From: Pseudomonadota bacterium
GTDB lineage: Bacteria; Desulfobacterota; Binatia; Binatales; Binataceae
Assembly (NCBI GenBank): GCA_021325355.1
Contig: JAJPHI010000009.1
Coordinates: 387,144-451,143, forward strand
Length of the DNA stretch: 64,000 bases
Direction of reading: 5' to 3'
Shown piece after piece: positions 19,874 through 29,018 of this stretch. Every line of letters begins with the position of its first letter. Positions within the stretch are counted from its first letter, which is position 1. Made by a program: the position numbers and the translations under genes. The notes under the pieces are model-generated. The model did not search any database and had not been told where the DNA came from. It was given only the letters and a program-made list of their open reading frames with translations.

Positions 19874-19889
19874 TGTTTCACGTGAAACA
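19874..19889. promoter_or_regulatory. parS: parS centromere-like site (ParB binding)
   Basis: TGTTTCACGTGAAACA is an exact consensus match; palindrome extends to 22 bp (19871-19892); intergenic. Confidence 0.9.
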
Positions 19890-19915
19890 TCGCCCGCGCC
19901 CCATTCTTCTCGGTT

Positions 19916-19924
19916 TTGTCCACA
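19916..19924 (+). promoter_or_regulatory. Possible DnaA box
   Basis: TTGTCCACA (high-GC variant of TTATCCACA), 26 nt after parS; single copy. Confidence 0.35.
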
Positions 19925-20099
19925 GGAAAATCGCGATCGCGACCAGTTGGGCCGCAATCGTCGCCCCTCAACCCTTGACCGCCGCCCGCGCCGGTTGTGC
20001 GCCAATTGCCGCATCGGGCCGCCGGCTAAAGATGCACGGCGCCGCGGTTTCTGCTCTGATCTCCTGACTAGGCTCGCATCTCATAAGAGGAGGGGGGCG

Positions 20100-20723
20100 G
20101 TGGGACATCCGACGCTGCGGTTCGAGCGCAAATTATGGGGAGCCGGCGCCCTTGCGATCGCCGGCGTGGACGAAGCGGGAGTCGGTCCGATGGCCGGGCC
20201 GGTAGTGGCTGCAGCGGTGATTTTCGCCCCCGAGCAATACGTGCCGGGGGTTAACGACTCGAAGCAATTGGCGGCAGAGCAGCGCGAAAGACTGTTCGAC
20301 AAAATTCATCGCCGCGCCGTGGCCATCGGGGTCGGCATGGCCACTCCGGCCGAAGTCGACGAACTGAATATCTACTGGGCGACGGCGCTCGCTCATGAAC
20401 GCGCGCTGCTCGCACTCAACCGGACGCCCGATCATGTGCTGGTCGATGGCCGCACGATCCCGGAGCTGAAAGTCCCGCAGACCCGCATCGTCGGCGGCGA
20501 TCGCAAGAGCTTCTCGATCGCCGCCGCCTCGATAATCGCCAAGGTGACGCGCGACCGCGCGATGATCGAATACGATGCGTTGTACCCGGAATTCGGCTTC
20601 GCCCGCCACAAGGGCTACTGCACCGCCGATCATTTCGCCGCCCTCGCGCGCCTCGGTCCGACGCCCATCCATCGGCGCTCGTTCGCGCCGGTATGGGAAG
20701 CGGCGCAGCGGCGGCTGTTCTAA
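20100..20723 (+). CDS. rnhB: Ribonuclease HII
   Basis: AGVDEAGVGPMAGPVVAAAV, DSKQL, IAAASIIAKVTRD, HKGY, HRRSF; GTG start after AGAGGAGG. Confidence 0.95.
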   Translation: MGHPTLRFERKLWGAGALAIAGVDEAGVGPMAGPVVAAAVIFAPEQYVPGVNDSKQLAAEQRERLFDKIHRRAVAIGVGMATPAEVDELNIYWATALAHERALLALNRTPDHVLVDGRTIPELKVPQTRIVGGDRKSFSIAAASIIAKVTRDRAMIEYDALYPEFGFARHKGYCTADHFAALARLGPTPIHRRSFAPVWEAAQRRLF

Positions 20724-20753
20724 GGGACGCGGTGAACGCTCCGGCACGATCGC

Positions 20754-21977
20754 ATGCGGCGATGGTGGTACGCCATCCCGGCTGAGGCCGGCGTATTGAT
20801 CGGGACGCGCGCGCTGCGCGGCTTTGCTGACGGCGCGGTCAGCGTCCTCTTGCCCGTCTACCTCGCGCGGATTGGCTTCAGCGCGCTGGGGATAAGCGCG
20901 ATCGTGTTCGGCACGCTGCTCGGCTCGGCCGCCCTGACCTTGAGCGTGGGGCTGCTCGGCTATCGCAGCGATCCGCGACGGATCCTTCTCGGGGCGGCGG
21001 CCCTGATGCTGGCGACGGGCGTTGGCTTCTTCAGCCTCACGAGCTTCTGGCCGCTGTTTTTCGTCGCGGTGGTCGGCACGTTGAACCCTTCGGCGGGAGA
21101 CGTCAGTCTGTTCCTGCCGGCGGAGCAAAGCCTGATCGCGGAAGCGGTCCCGATCGCGCATCTGACCCGGATCTTCGCGCTCTATAATCTCGGCGGGGCG
21201 CTGGCGGGCGCGCTGGGGGCTCTCGCCGCGGGCCTGCCGAGCGTAATCGCCGCGCAGTATCACCTGCCTGCCGTGGTGACCGAGCGCTGCGTTTTCCTGG
21301 TGTACGCGGCCTGCGCCCTGCCGGCGGCGACGCTCTACCTGCGCCTCGGCCCGCGTTTACGACCGTCGGCCGATCCCGTGCGACCGCTGGGCCGCTCGCG
21401 CGCGATCGTAATCAGGCTCGCGGCGCTGTTCAGCCTCGACGCCTTCGGCGGCGGCTTCGTCGTGCAATCGATGCTCGCCTTGTGGCTGCTGCGGCGCTTC
21501 GCGCTGCCGGCGGCGACGGTGGGGGCATTCTTCTTCGCGGCCAACGCGTGCGGGGCTTTGGCGCAGTTGGCCTCGGGAACGATAGCCGCGCGAATCGGCC
21601 GCGTCCGCACCATGGTTTACACCCATATCCCGTCGAATGGCTGCCTGATTGTGGCCGCCCTGATGGATCGCCCGGCGGCGGCGCTCGCTTTCCTCTTCCT
21701 GCGCGCTGCCACCTCGTCGATGGATGTTCCGGCGCGGCAATCCTATGTAATGGCGATGGTCACGCCGGAGGAGCGAGCGGCCGCGGCGAGCGTTACCGCC
21801 GTACCGCGCAGTCTCGCCGCCGCGCTCGCGCCGTTGCCGGCCGGCGCGATGCTCGAAGCGACGGCGTTCGGCTGGCCGCTGGTTTGCGCCGGCGCGCTCA
21901 AGCTTGCCTATGACCTGCTGCTGCTCGCCCAGTTCCGCAGCGCGCGTCCGGCCGACGAGCAACCCACTACCGCTTGA
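20754..21977 (+). CDS. MFS transporter
   Basis: About 12 hydrophobic segments; GTLNPSAGDVS, MDVPARQSYVMA. Confidence 0.88.
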   Translation: MRRWWYAIPAEAGVLIGTRALRGFADGAVSVLLPVYLARIGFSALGISAIVFGTLLGSAALTLSVGLLGYRSDPRRILLGAAALMLATGVGFFSLTSFWPLFFVAVVGTLNPSAGDVSLFLPAEQSLIAEAVPIAHLTRIFALYNLGGALAGALGALAAGLPSVIAAQYHLPAVVTERCVFLVYAACALPAATLYLRLGPRLRPSADPVRPLGRSRAIVIRLAALFSLDAFGGGFVVQSMLALWLLRRFALPAATVGAFFFAANACGALAQLASGTIAARIGRVRTMVYTHIPSNGCLIVAALMDRPAAALAFLFLRAATSSMDVPARQSYVMAMVTPEERAAAASVTAVPRSLAAALAPLPAGAMLEATAFGWPLVCAGALKLAYDLLLLAQFRSARPADEQPTTA

Positions 21978-22080
21978 TCGCGCGCGACACCTTACACGAG
22001 TTGTGCGATTGCGTTAGTGTTCAGATGAAGCACTGGCGGGGCGAATCTTGGAGCCGTAAGCAGCCTGCCGGCGCCGGGAG

Positions 22081-23112
22081 TTGAGGATGGCCCTGGAACG
22101 CGAAAAGCATATCGCTGAGCGCGCCCTGCTCACGATGGATGACGTTCAGATCATCGATCTCTATCGACGCATGGTGCTCATCCGTCGTTTCGAGGAAAAG
22201 ACCGCCGAGATGTACTCGCGCGGCAAGATTACCGGCTTCTGCCATCTCTATGCCGGCGAGGAAGCGGTCGCGGTCGGCGCTATCGCCGCGCTCTACGACA
22301 AGGACTACGTCGTTTCGACCTACCGTGAACACGGTCACTGCCTCGCCAAGGGCGCGGCGCCGCGCGCGGTCATGGCGGAACTGTTCGGCAAGGCGACCGG
22401 CATCTCGCGCGGTCATGGCGGCTCGATGCATCTGTTCGACGCCAACCTGCGCTTCATGGGCGGCTATGCGATCGTCGGCGGCGGCCTGCCGATCGCCGCC
22501 GGTCTTGGTCTCGCGGTCAAGTACCGCGAGGAGCCCGAGGTGGTGTGCTGTTTCTTCGGCGACGGCGCGCTGCCGCAGGGCGCCTTCCACGAAAGTCTCA
22601 ATCTCGCTTCGCTGTGGAAGCTGCCGGTCGTGTTCATCTGCGAAAATAACTTCTACGGCATGGGCACGATGGTGCAGAACGCCATCTGCCAGGAGGAGCT
22701 CTACCGCTTCGCCGAACCCTACAAGATGCCGGGCGTGCGGGTTGACGGCATGAACGTGCTCGAGGTTTACCAGGCGACGGTGGAGGCCGCCGCCCGCGCG
22801 CGCGAAGGCGACGGCCCCTCGCTGATCGAAGCCGTGACGTATCGCTTCCGCGGCCACTCGATGTCCGATCCGGCCGAGTATCGGTCGCGCCGCGAGGAGC
22901 GGATCTGGCAGGAGCGCGACCCGATCAAGCAACTGCGGCGCAAGCTGTTGCAGGATCGGCGCGCCGACGAAAATCAGTTAACCACAGTCGAAACCGAGGT
23001 TAACGCGATTATCGAGGATGCGGTCAGATTCGCCGAGGAGAGTCCCGAACCGGCCCTCGACACCCTCGGCAAGCTGGTTTACGTCGAGGACGACGGCACC
23101 GCGCAGTCCTGA
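22081..23112 (+). CDS. pdhA: Pyruvate dehydrogenase E1 alpha
   Basis: GFCHLYAGEEA, GGSMH, GDGA...ENN TPP motif, YRFRGHSMSD. Confidence 0.95.
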   Translation: MRMALEREKHIAERALLTMDDVQIIDLYRRMVLIRRFEEKTAEMYSRGKITGFCHLYAGEEAVAVGAIAALYDKDYVVSTYREHGHCLAKGAAPRAVMAELFGKATGISRGHGGSMHLFDANLRFMGGYAIVGGGLPIAAGLGLAVKYREEPEVVCCFFGDGALPQGAFHESLNLASLWKLPVVFICENNFYGMGTMVQNAICQEELYRFAEPYKMPGVRVDGMNVLEVYQATVEAAARAREGDGPSLIEAVTYRFRGHSMSDPAEYRSRREERIWQERDPIKQLRRKLLQDRRADENQLTTVETEVNAIIEDAVRFAEESPEPALDTLGKLVYVEDDGTAQS

Positions 23113-23207
23113 GGAAGTTTTGAAAGAAAGGATCAGCAGCGTCACGCGCCGCGGCCTTTAGCCGGACCGCCAGAGGCGCAGGATGACGGGATCGCGGAAT
23201 CATCAAG

Positions 23208-24179
23208 ATGGCTGAAATCACTTATCGGGAAGCGCTCAATCAGGCGTTGCGCGAGGAGCTCGACCACGACGAGCGGGTCTTTATCATGGGCGAAGAGGTC
23301 GGCTACTTCGGCGGCGCCTTCAAGGTCACCGACGGTCTGCTCGCCACCTTCGGCGAAAAGCGCGTGCGCGACACGCCGATCTCCGAACTGACCATCGTCG
23401 GCGCCGGGGTGGGCGCGGCGATGGGCGGACTCAAGCCCATCGTCGAGCTGATGACCATCAATTTCGGCCTGCTGGCCTTCGATCAGATCGTCAACTCGGC
23501 GGCGAAGATTCATTACATGTTCGGCGGCAATGCCAAGGTGCCGATGGTGATACGGGCGCCGCAGGGCGCGGGTCATCAGCTCGGCGCGCAGCACAGTCAG
23601 AGTCTCGAGGCCTACTTCCTGCATTGCCCCGGGCTGCGCGTGGTCATCCCGGCAACCCCGGCCGACGCCAAGGGTCTGCTCAAAAGCTGCGTCCGCCAGG
23701 ACGATCCCGTGATGTTTCTCGAACACGAGTCGCTCTACGGCGTCAAGGGCGAGGTTCCCGACGGTGAGCATTTCGTGCCGCTGGGCCAAGCCAACGTCAT
23801 GCGCGAAGGCAAGGACGTCACGCTCATCTCCTACTCGAAATGCGTCTATGACGCGATCGCCGCCGCCGAAGCCCTCGAAAATGAGGGCATCGATGCCGAG
23901 GTGATCGATTTGCGCACGCTTAATCCGCTCGATATCGGCACGGTGGTCGAATCGGTGAAAAAGACCGCCCGGGCGATCATGGTGTACGAAGGCTGGCGGA
24001 CGGGCGGCGCCGGCGCCGAAATCGCCGCGCAGATCTACGAGGCCGCCTTCGACCATCTGGACGCGCCGGTCGAACGCGTCGCCACGCTGGATACGCCGAT
24101 GCCGTACAATGCGCGCCTCGAACGCGCGGCGCTGCCCAGCGCCGCCCAGATCGTGCAGGCGGCCGAGCGTCTGATGTAA
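23208..24179 (+). CDS. pdhB: Pyruvate dehydrogenase E1 beta
   Basis: GEEVG, DTPISE, AQHSQ, IDLRTL. Confidence 0.95.
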   Translation: MAEITYREALNQALREELDHDERVFIMGEEVGYFGGAFKVTDGLLATFGEKRVRDTPISELTIVGAGVGAAMGGLKPIVELMTINFGLLAFDQIVNSAAKIHYMFGGNAKVPMVIRAPQGAGHQLGAQHSQSLEAYFLHCPGLRVVIPATPADAKGLLKSCVRQDDPVMFLEHESLYGVKGEVPDGEHFVPLGQANVMREGKDVTLISYSKCVYDAIAAAEALENEGIDAEVIDLRTLNPLDIGTVVESVKKTARAIMVYEGWRTGGAGAEIAAQIYEAAFDHLDAPVERVATLDTPMPYNARLERAALPSAAQIVQAAERLM

Positions 24180-24226
24180 AAAGTGACCGGGGCCGTCCCG
24201 CAGGCGGCCCACCCTAAGGACCGTCC

Positions 24227-25681
24227 ATGAGCAGTGAAATCACGATGCCCAAGCTTTCCGACACCATGTAGGAAGGCAAGATTCTTCGATGGTTGAAGCG
24301 TCCGGGCGACCAGGTGCATCACGGCGATGCGCTGGCCGAGGTCGAGACCGACAAGGCCGACATGGTGATGGAGTCCTTCGACGACGGCGTGCTGGAAGAA
24401 ATTCGTCTCAAGGAAGGCGAGTCCGCGCCGGTTGGCGCCGTGATCGCCGTGCTGCGACCGCTCAACGGCGAGAGCGCCGCGACCGCGCCGCGCGCCGAAG
24501 CCCCTGCCGAAGCTCCGGCGGACGCCGCGACGGCTCCGACCCTAAGTTCCGCGCGGCCCGAACGGGTAACGACGCTCGAACCGTCCCGCCGACGACGCCG
24601 CAGTGAGGCTGCGTCGGCGTCGCGGGGCCGCCAGGAGGTCGATGCGAACCCTGCCGCCGACCAGCAGGGCGCGGAGGACGATGGCGCCGAGACGGCGCCT
24701 GCCCGTCCGGTGGTCCATCCGGCGATGAGCGCGCATCCGTCGGCCGCACCGACCGCTATCGTCGCGCCGCCGGCGCCCAGTCAAGCGCCGGCGATGGAGG
24801 TTGCGGTCGTGACCGACGGCAGCAAGCTCCGCGCTTCGCCGCTCGCGCGGCGCGCCGCCGAAGAGGCCGGCATCGACCTCGCCGCGATCCGCGGGACCGG
24901 ACCCGAGGGGCGCATCACCAAGCGCGATGTCGATAACTTTATCCGCGAGCAGCAGCTTTTCCGTTTCCGCCGCCTGGTCGCGCCGCGCGAGGGACTACCC
25001 GGCACGCGCGAAGAGCTCTCCAAGATGCGCAAGACGATTGCCAACCGGATGGCGCAATCGAAGCGCGAAATCCCGCATTTCTATGTCACCGTCGAAGTGG
25101 ATATGGAGGAGGTGGTGCGGCTCAAGAAGTCGCTCGAAACCACCGAGCTCTTCGATCAGAACATCACCTACAACGACATCATCATCAAGGCGACCGCGCT
25201 CGCCCTCGCTCGCTATACGCGCATGAACGCGAGCTACCAGGACGAGGGCATCGTCATCTACCCGAACATCAATATCGGGATGGCGGTGGCGGTCGAGGAC
25301 GGCCTCATCGTTCCGGTGATCCACAATTGCGAGCGGCTCACTCTGCCGCAGATCGCTGAGGCGGCGCGGCGGCTGGTCGGCAAGGCCGCGCGTGGCGGCT
25401 TCAGCGGCGACGATCTCTCGGGGGCCACCTTCACGATCTCGAACATGGGGATGCTCGGCGTCGAGCACTTTGCCGCGGTGATCGTGCCGCCGCAGGCGGC
25501 GATTCTCGCCGTGAGCGCGGTCAAGGATCGTCCGGTCGTGCGCGACGGTCAGGTGGTGGTCGGCAAAACCATGATGATCACCGTCGCCTGTGACCATCGC
25601 ATCATCGACGGCGTGGTCGGCGCGCGTTTCGTCAACGAGATCAAACGCTTCCTCGAAAACCCGGCGAGTCTGCTGGTCTAA
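24227..25681 (+). CDS. pdhC: Dihydrolipoamide acetyltransferase E2, interrupted by in-frame TAG at 24269-24271
   Basis: ATG at 24227 reads MSSEITMPKLSDTM*EGKILRWLK...; lipoyl motif VETDKA; ASPLARR E3-binding domain; DHRIIDG catalytic motif. Confidence 0.9.
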
Positions 25682-25707
25682 CCGTTCTTGCGAGCACAGG
25701 GTGAATC

Positions 25708-27117
25708 TTGCCTAACCAGCGCTACGATTTAATCGTTATCGGTTCGGGGCCGGGTGGCTACGTGGCGGCAATCCGCGCGAGCCAGCTCAAGATGCGGGTC
25801 GCCGTGATCGAGCGCGATCGGCCGGGCGGCGTCTGCCTCAACTGGGGCTGTATCCCGAGCAAGGCGCTGCTCAACTCGGCCGAAGCGATGGACACGATTC
25901 GCACCGCGGCGCAGGAGCACGGTATCGCCACGGGTGAGGTGCGGGTCGATTTCAAACGCGTGATTGCCCGCAGCCGCGAGGCCGCCGACAAGCTGTCGAA
26001 GGGCGTGCGCTTCCTTTTGCGCAAGAACAAGGTCGATTACTTCGAGGCGCACGCGACGCTCGCCGGACCCCATGCCGTGGCGCTCGCTGCCTCGCCCGGC
26101 AAACCGAATCCGCCGGCGGCGACGCTCGAGGCCGAGCGCATTCTTATCGCAGCCGGGTCGGGCGAACGGCTGTTTCCGGGCATGACTATCGGCAACGGCG
26201 TGATGACCAGCCGCGAAGCGCTGGTTCACGACACCCTGCCCGCGAGTATCGTGATCATCGGCGCGGGCGCGATCGGCCTCGAATTCGGCTATTTCTACAG
26301 CGCCTTCGGCACCGCGGTCACAATCGTTGAACTGGAAAAGCAGATGCTGCCGGGTTTCGATGCCGAGATCGCCGAAGAGTTGCGCAAGGCCTTCCTCAAG
26401 CGCGGCGCCACCGTGATGCTCGGTCATGGCTACAAGTCGATGACGCGCAAGGGCGGCGGCTGGCGGGTCGCGCTCGACGCCGCCGGCACCGCCGCATCCG
26501 TCGAAGCCGAATGCGTACTGGTGGCGGTCGGCCGCGCTCCCCTCAGCACCGACCTCGGGCTCGAGCGGGTCGGCGTCGAGGTCGAGCGCGGCTATATCAA
26601 AATCGACGACTCCTTCCGGACGACCTGCCCGAGTATCTATGCGATAGGCGACGTCGCGCGGATGCCGCTGCTCGCGCACAAGGCCTCGGCCGAAGGCGTC
26701 GCCGCGGTCGAGATCATGGCGGGCGCGCGCGAACCGGGCTTCGACCTGCTCGCGATCCCGGGATGCATCTACTGCGAGCCGGAGGTCGCGACCGTCGGCC
26801 TCTCCGAGGCGCAGGCGCGCGAGCGCGGTATCGACGTGACGGTCGGCAAGTTTCCGTTTCGCGCCAACGGCAAGGCAGTTGCCGTGAATCAGACCGAGGG
26901 CTTCGTCAAACTGGTCGCGAGCAAGCAATACGGCGAGGTGCTCGGCTGCCAGATCATCGGCCATCACGCGACCGACCTCATCTCGGAGGTGGTGCTTGGC
27001 CGCACGCTCGAAACCACAACCGCCGAAATCGGCCGCAGTATCCATCCGCATCCGACGCTTTCCGAGGCGATCATGGAAGCGGCGCTGTCGGCCGAAGGCG
27101 AGGCTATCAATTTCTAG
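25708..27117 (+). CDS. lpdA: Dihydrolipoyl dehydrogenase E3
   Basis: GSGPGG, GGVCLNWGCIPSK, HPHPTLSE. Confidence 0.96.
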   Translation: MPNQRYDLIVIGSGPGGYVAAIRASQLKMRVAVIERDRPGGVCLNWGCIPSKALLNSAEAMDTIRTAAQEHGIATGEVRVDFKRVIARSREAADKLSKGVRFLLRKNKVDYFEAHATLAGPHAVALAASPGKPNPPAATLEAERILIAAGSGERLFPGMTIGNGVMTSREALVHDTLPASIVIIGAGAIGLEFGYFYSAFGTAVTIVELEKQMLPGFDAEIAEELRKAFLKRGATVMLGHGYKSMTRKGGGWRVALDAAGTAASVEAECVLVAVGRAPLSTDLGLERVGVEVERGYIKIDDSFRTTCPSIYAIGDVARMPLLAHKASAEGVAAVEIMAGAREPGFDLLAIPGCIYCEPEVATVGLSEAQARERGIDVTVGKFPFRANGKAVAVNQTEGFVKLVASKQYGEVLGCQIIGHHATDLISEVVLGRTLETTTAEIGRSIHPHPTLSEAIMEAALSAEGEAINF

Positions 27118-27122
27118 GTGCG

Positions 27123-27896
27123 ATGAACGAAGCGATGGTCAGAACGCCTGCTGCCACGGCGGCGTCGAGTCCCAGCGGACAGCCGCGCGAGCCCTCCCGG
27201 GGGCGGACGCTCCGCGTCGCCCGACTCGGCGTGCTCGACTATGCGGCGGCGCTCGATCGGCAGTACGCGCTGGTCGAGGCGCGGCTGCGCGAGCGGGTTC
27301 CCGACACGCTGCTGCTGCTCGAGCATCCGCACGTCTATACGCTCGGGCGCGGCGCCGACGAGCGCTTCATCCTCGACCGCCGTGGCAACGTTCCGCTTCA
27401 TCGGGTGTCGCGCGGCGGCCAGGTGACCTATCACGGCCCGGGACAGCTCGTCGGCTATCCTATTCTTCGGCTGGAGGGCGCCGCGCGCGACGTTTTGCGC
27501 TACCTGCGCAATCTTGAACAGGTCATGATCGACGCGCTGGCGGACTGCGGGATTAGCGCCGGGCGCCGCACGGGTCTGACCGGCGTCTGGGTCGGCGACG
27601 CCAAGATTGCCTCGATCGGCGTCGGCCTCCGCCGCTGGGTGACGCTCCACGGCTTTGCGCTCAACGTCAGCACCGACCTGCGCTACTTCGACCGTATCGT
27701 GCCCTGCGGTATCGAGGGCTGCCGGATGACGTCGATTGCCGCGCTGGGTCGGTCCGCGATTTCGGTGGAAGCCTTCGCGGCGATGATCACCCGCGCCTTC
27801 GCTGCGGTTTTCGGCTACGATCGCCTCGAGGAAGTCGGCGCCGAGGATCTTTCGCGAACCCTGCAGGACGCATCGGCGGCGCCCGCGGCCGCATGA
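27123..27896 (+). CDS. lipB: Lipoyl(octanoyl) transferase
   Basis: LLEHPHVYTLGR, RGGQVTYHGPGQLVGY, KIASIG, IVPCG. Confidence 0.95.
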   Translation: MNEAMVRTPAATAASSPSGQPREPSRGRTLRVARLGVLDYAAALDRQYALVEARLRERVPDTLLLLEHPHVYTLGRGADERFILDRRGNVPLHRVSRGGQVTYHGPGQLVGYPILRLEGAARDVLRYLRNLEQVMIDALADCGISAGRRTGLTGVWVGDAKIASIGVGLRRWVTLHGFALNVSTDLRYFDRIVPCGIEGCRMTSIAALGRSAISVEAFAAMITRAFAAVFGYDRLEEVGAEDLSRTLQDASAAPAAA

Positions 27897-27899
27897 TCG

Positions 27900-28763
27900 A
27901 TGAACGAACGTCGCCATCCTGATTGGATCAAAGTCCGGGCGCCGGTCTCGCCGGAGTACTTTCGCACCCGCGCGACGCTGGCCGAGCTGAAGCTGCATAC
28001 GGTCTGCCAGGAGGCCTGCTGTCCCAATATCGGCGAATGCTTCGGTCATCGCACGGCCACCTTCATGCTGATGGGCGACGTCTGCACCCGCAATTGTCCG
28101 TATTGTGCCGTGGCGCATGGCAAGGTGCGGCCGCTCGATGCCGACGAGCCCCGGCGGATCGCCGAGGCGGTGGCCCGCCTGGGACTTCAGCATGTGGTTG
28201 TCACGTCGGTGGATCGCGATGACCTGCCGGACGGCGGCGCGGCGCACTTCGCGGCGACCGCTCAGGCGATTAAGGCGGCGATGCCGAGCGCGCGCATCGA
28301 GGTGCTCGTACCGGATTTCAAAGGCGCCCTGCCGAGCGTCGAAACCGTCGTCAACGCGCCGGTGGATATCTACAATCACAATATCGAGACGGTGCCGAGC
28401 CTCTACCGGCGATGCCGTCCGGGCGGCCGCTACGAAGTCTCGCTCGCGGTCCTCGATCACGCCAAACGCTATGCGCGGACGCAGGGACGGGCGACCCTGA
28501 CGAAGGCCGGCCTGATGCTCGGACTGGGCGAAGCGCGGGACGAGCTGCTGCAGGTGCTGCGCGACTTGCGCGCCGTCGAGTGCGATATCCTGACGCTCGG
28601 GCAGTATCTCCGGCCGAGCCGCGATCATCTGCCGGTGGTCCGGTACGTTCATCCCGACGAGTTCGCCGAGCTGCGGGCGACGGCGCTCGCGCTCGGCTTC
28701 CGCCACGTCGAATCCGGACCGCTGGTGCGCAGTTCCTATCACGCCTGGTCCCAGGTACCGTGA
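27900..28763 (+). CDS. lipA: Lipoyl synthase
   Basis: CQEACCPNIGEC, CTRNCPYC, RSSYHA. Confidence 0.97.
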   Translation: MNERRHPDWIKVRAPVSPEYFRTRATLAELKLHTVCQEACCPNIGECFGHRTATFMLMGDVCTRNCPYCAVAHGKVRPLDADEPRRIAEAVARLGLQHVVVTSVDRDDLPDGGAAHFAATAQAIKAAMPSARIEVLVPDFKGALPSVETVVNAPVDIYNHNIETVPSLYRRCRPGGRYEVSLAVLDHAKRYARTQGRATLTKAGLMLGLGEARDELLQVLRDLRAVECDILTLGQYLRPSRDHLPVVRYVHPDEFAELRATALALGFRHVESGPLVRSSYHAWSQVP

Positions 28764-29018
28764 GCCGCAGTGCTTGGCGCTGACGGTTCCGCGGCTTCCG
28801 AGGGACCGCCTCCTCGCCTGCCCGGCATTCATCCGCGGCGCGCCGGACGGAACGTCGGCGCGCGCCGACGCCATCCGGTTTGCGCGCATGAAAATTCCCT
28901 AATTCAATTCCGCCCGCGACCTGTGCTAGCTCTACCAGCTACGATCGGTTTTTGGGGATAGCCGGTCGGCGACCGTAAATCGTCCGCCATGGGGACCTGG
29001 GGACGTAGGAGAGTGTAG

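Noticed and set aside
19785..20099. Possible oriC
   Set aside because: Only one DnaA-box-like 9-mer, no AT-rich unwinding element or dnaA/dnaN, and spot checks show the + strand C-rich both before and well after this point.
24269..24271. Genome-wide TAG recoding or pyrrolysine
   Set aside because: TAG terminates several clearly complete genes here (lpdA, MMPL, SnoaL-like); no pyl genes in the window.
26511..27122. N-terminal extension of LipB
   Set aside because: Overlaps lpdA out of frame; a plausible ATG exists at 27123.
27114..28889. 591 aa minus-strand ORF and many similar long antisense ORFs (e.g. 48585-50159, 55424-56989, 12304-13605)
   Set aside because: They overlap well-conserved genes on the opposite strand and are expected artefacts of high-GC codon usage.
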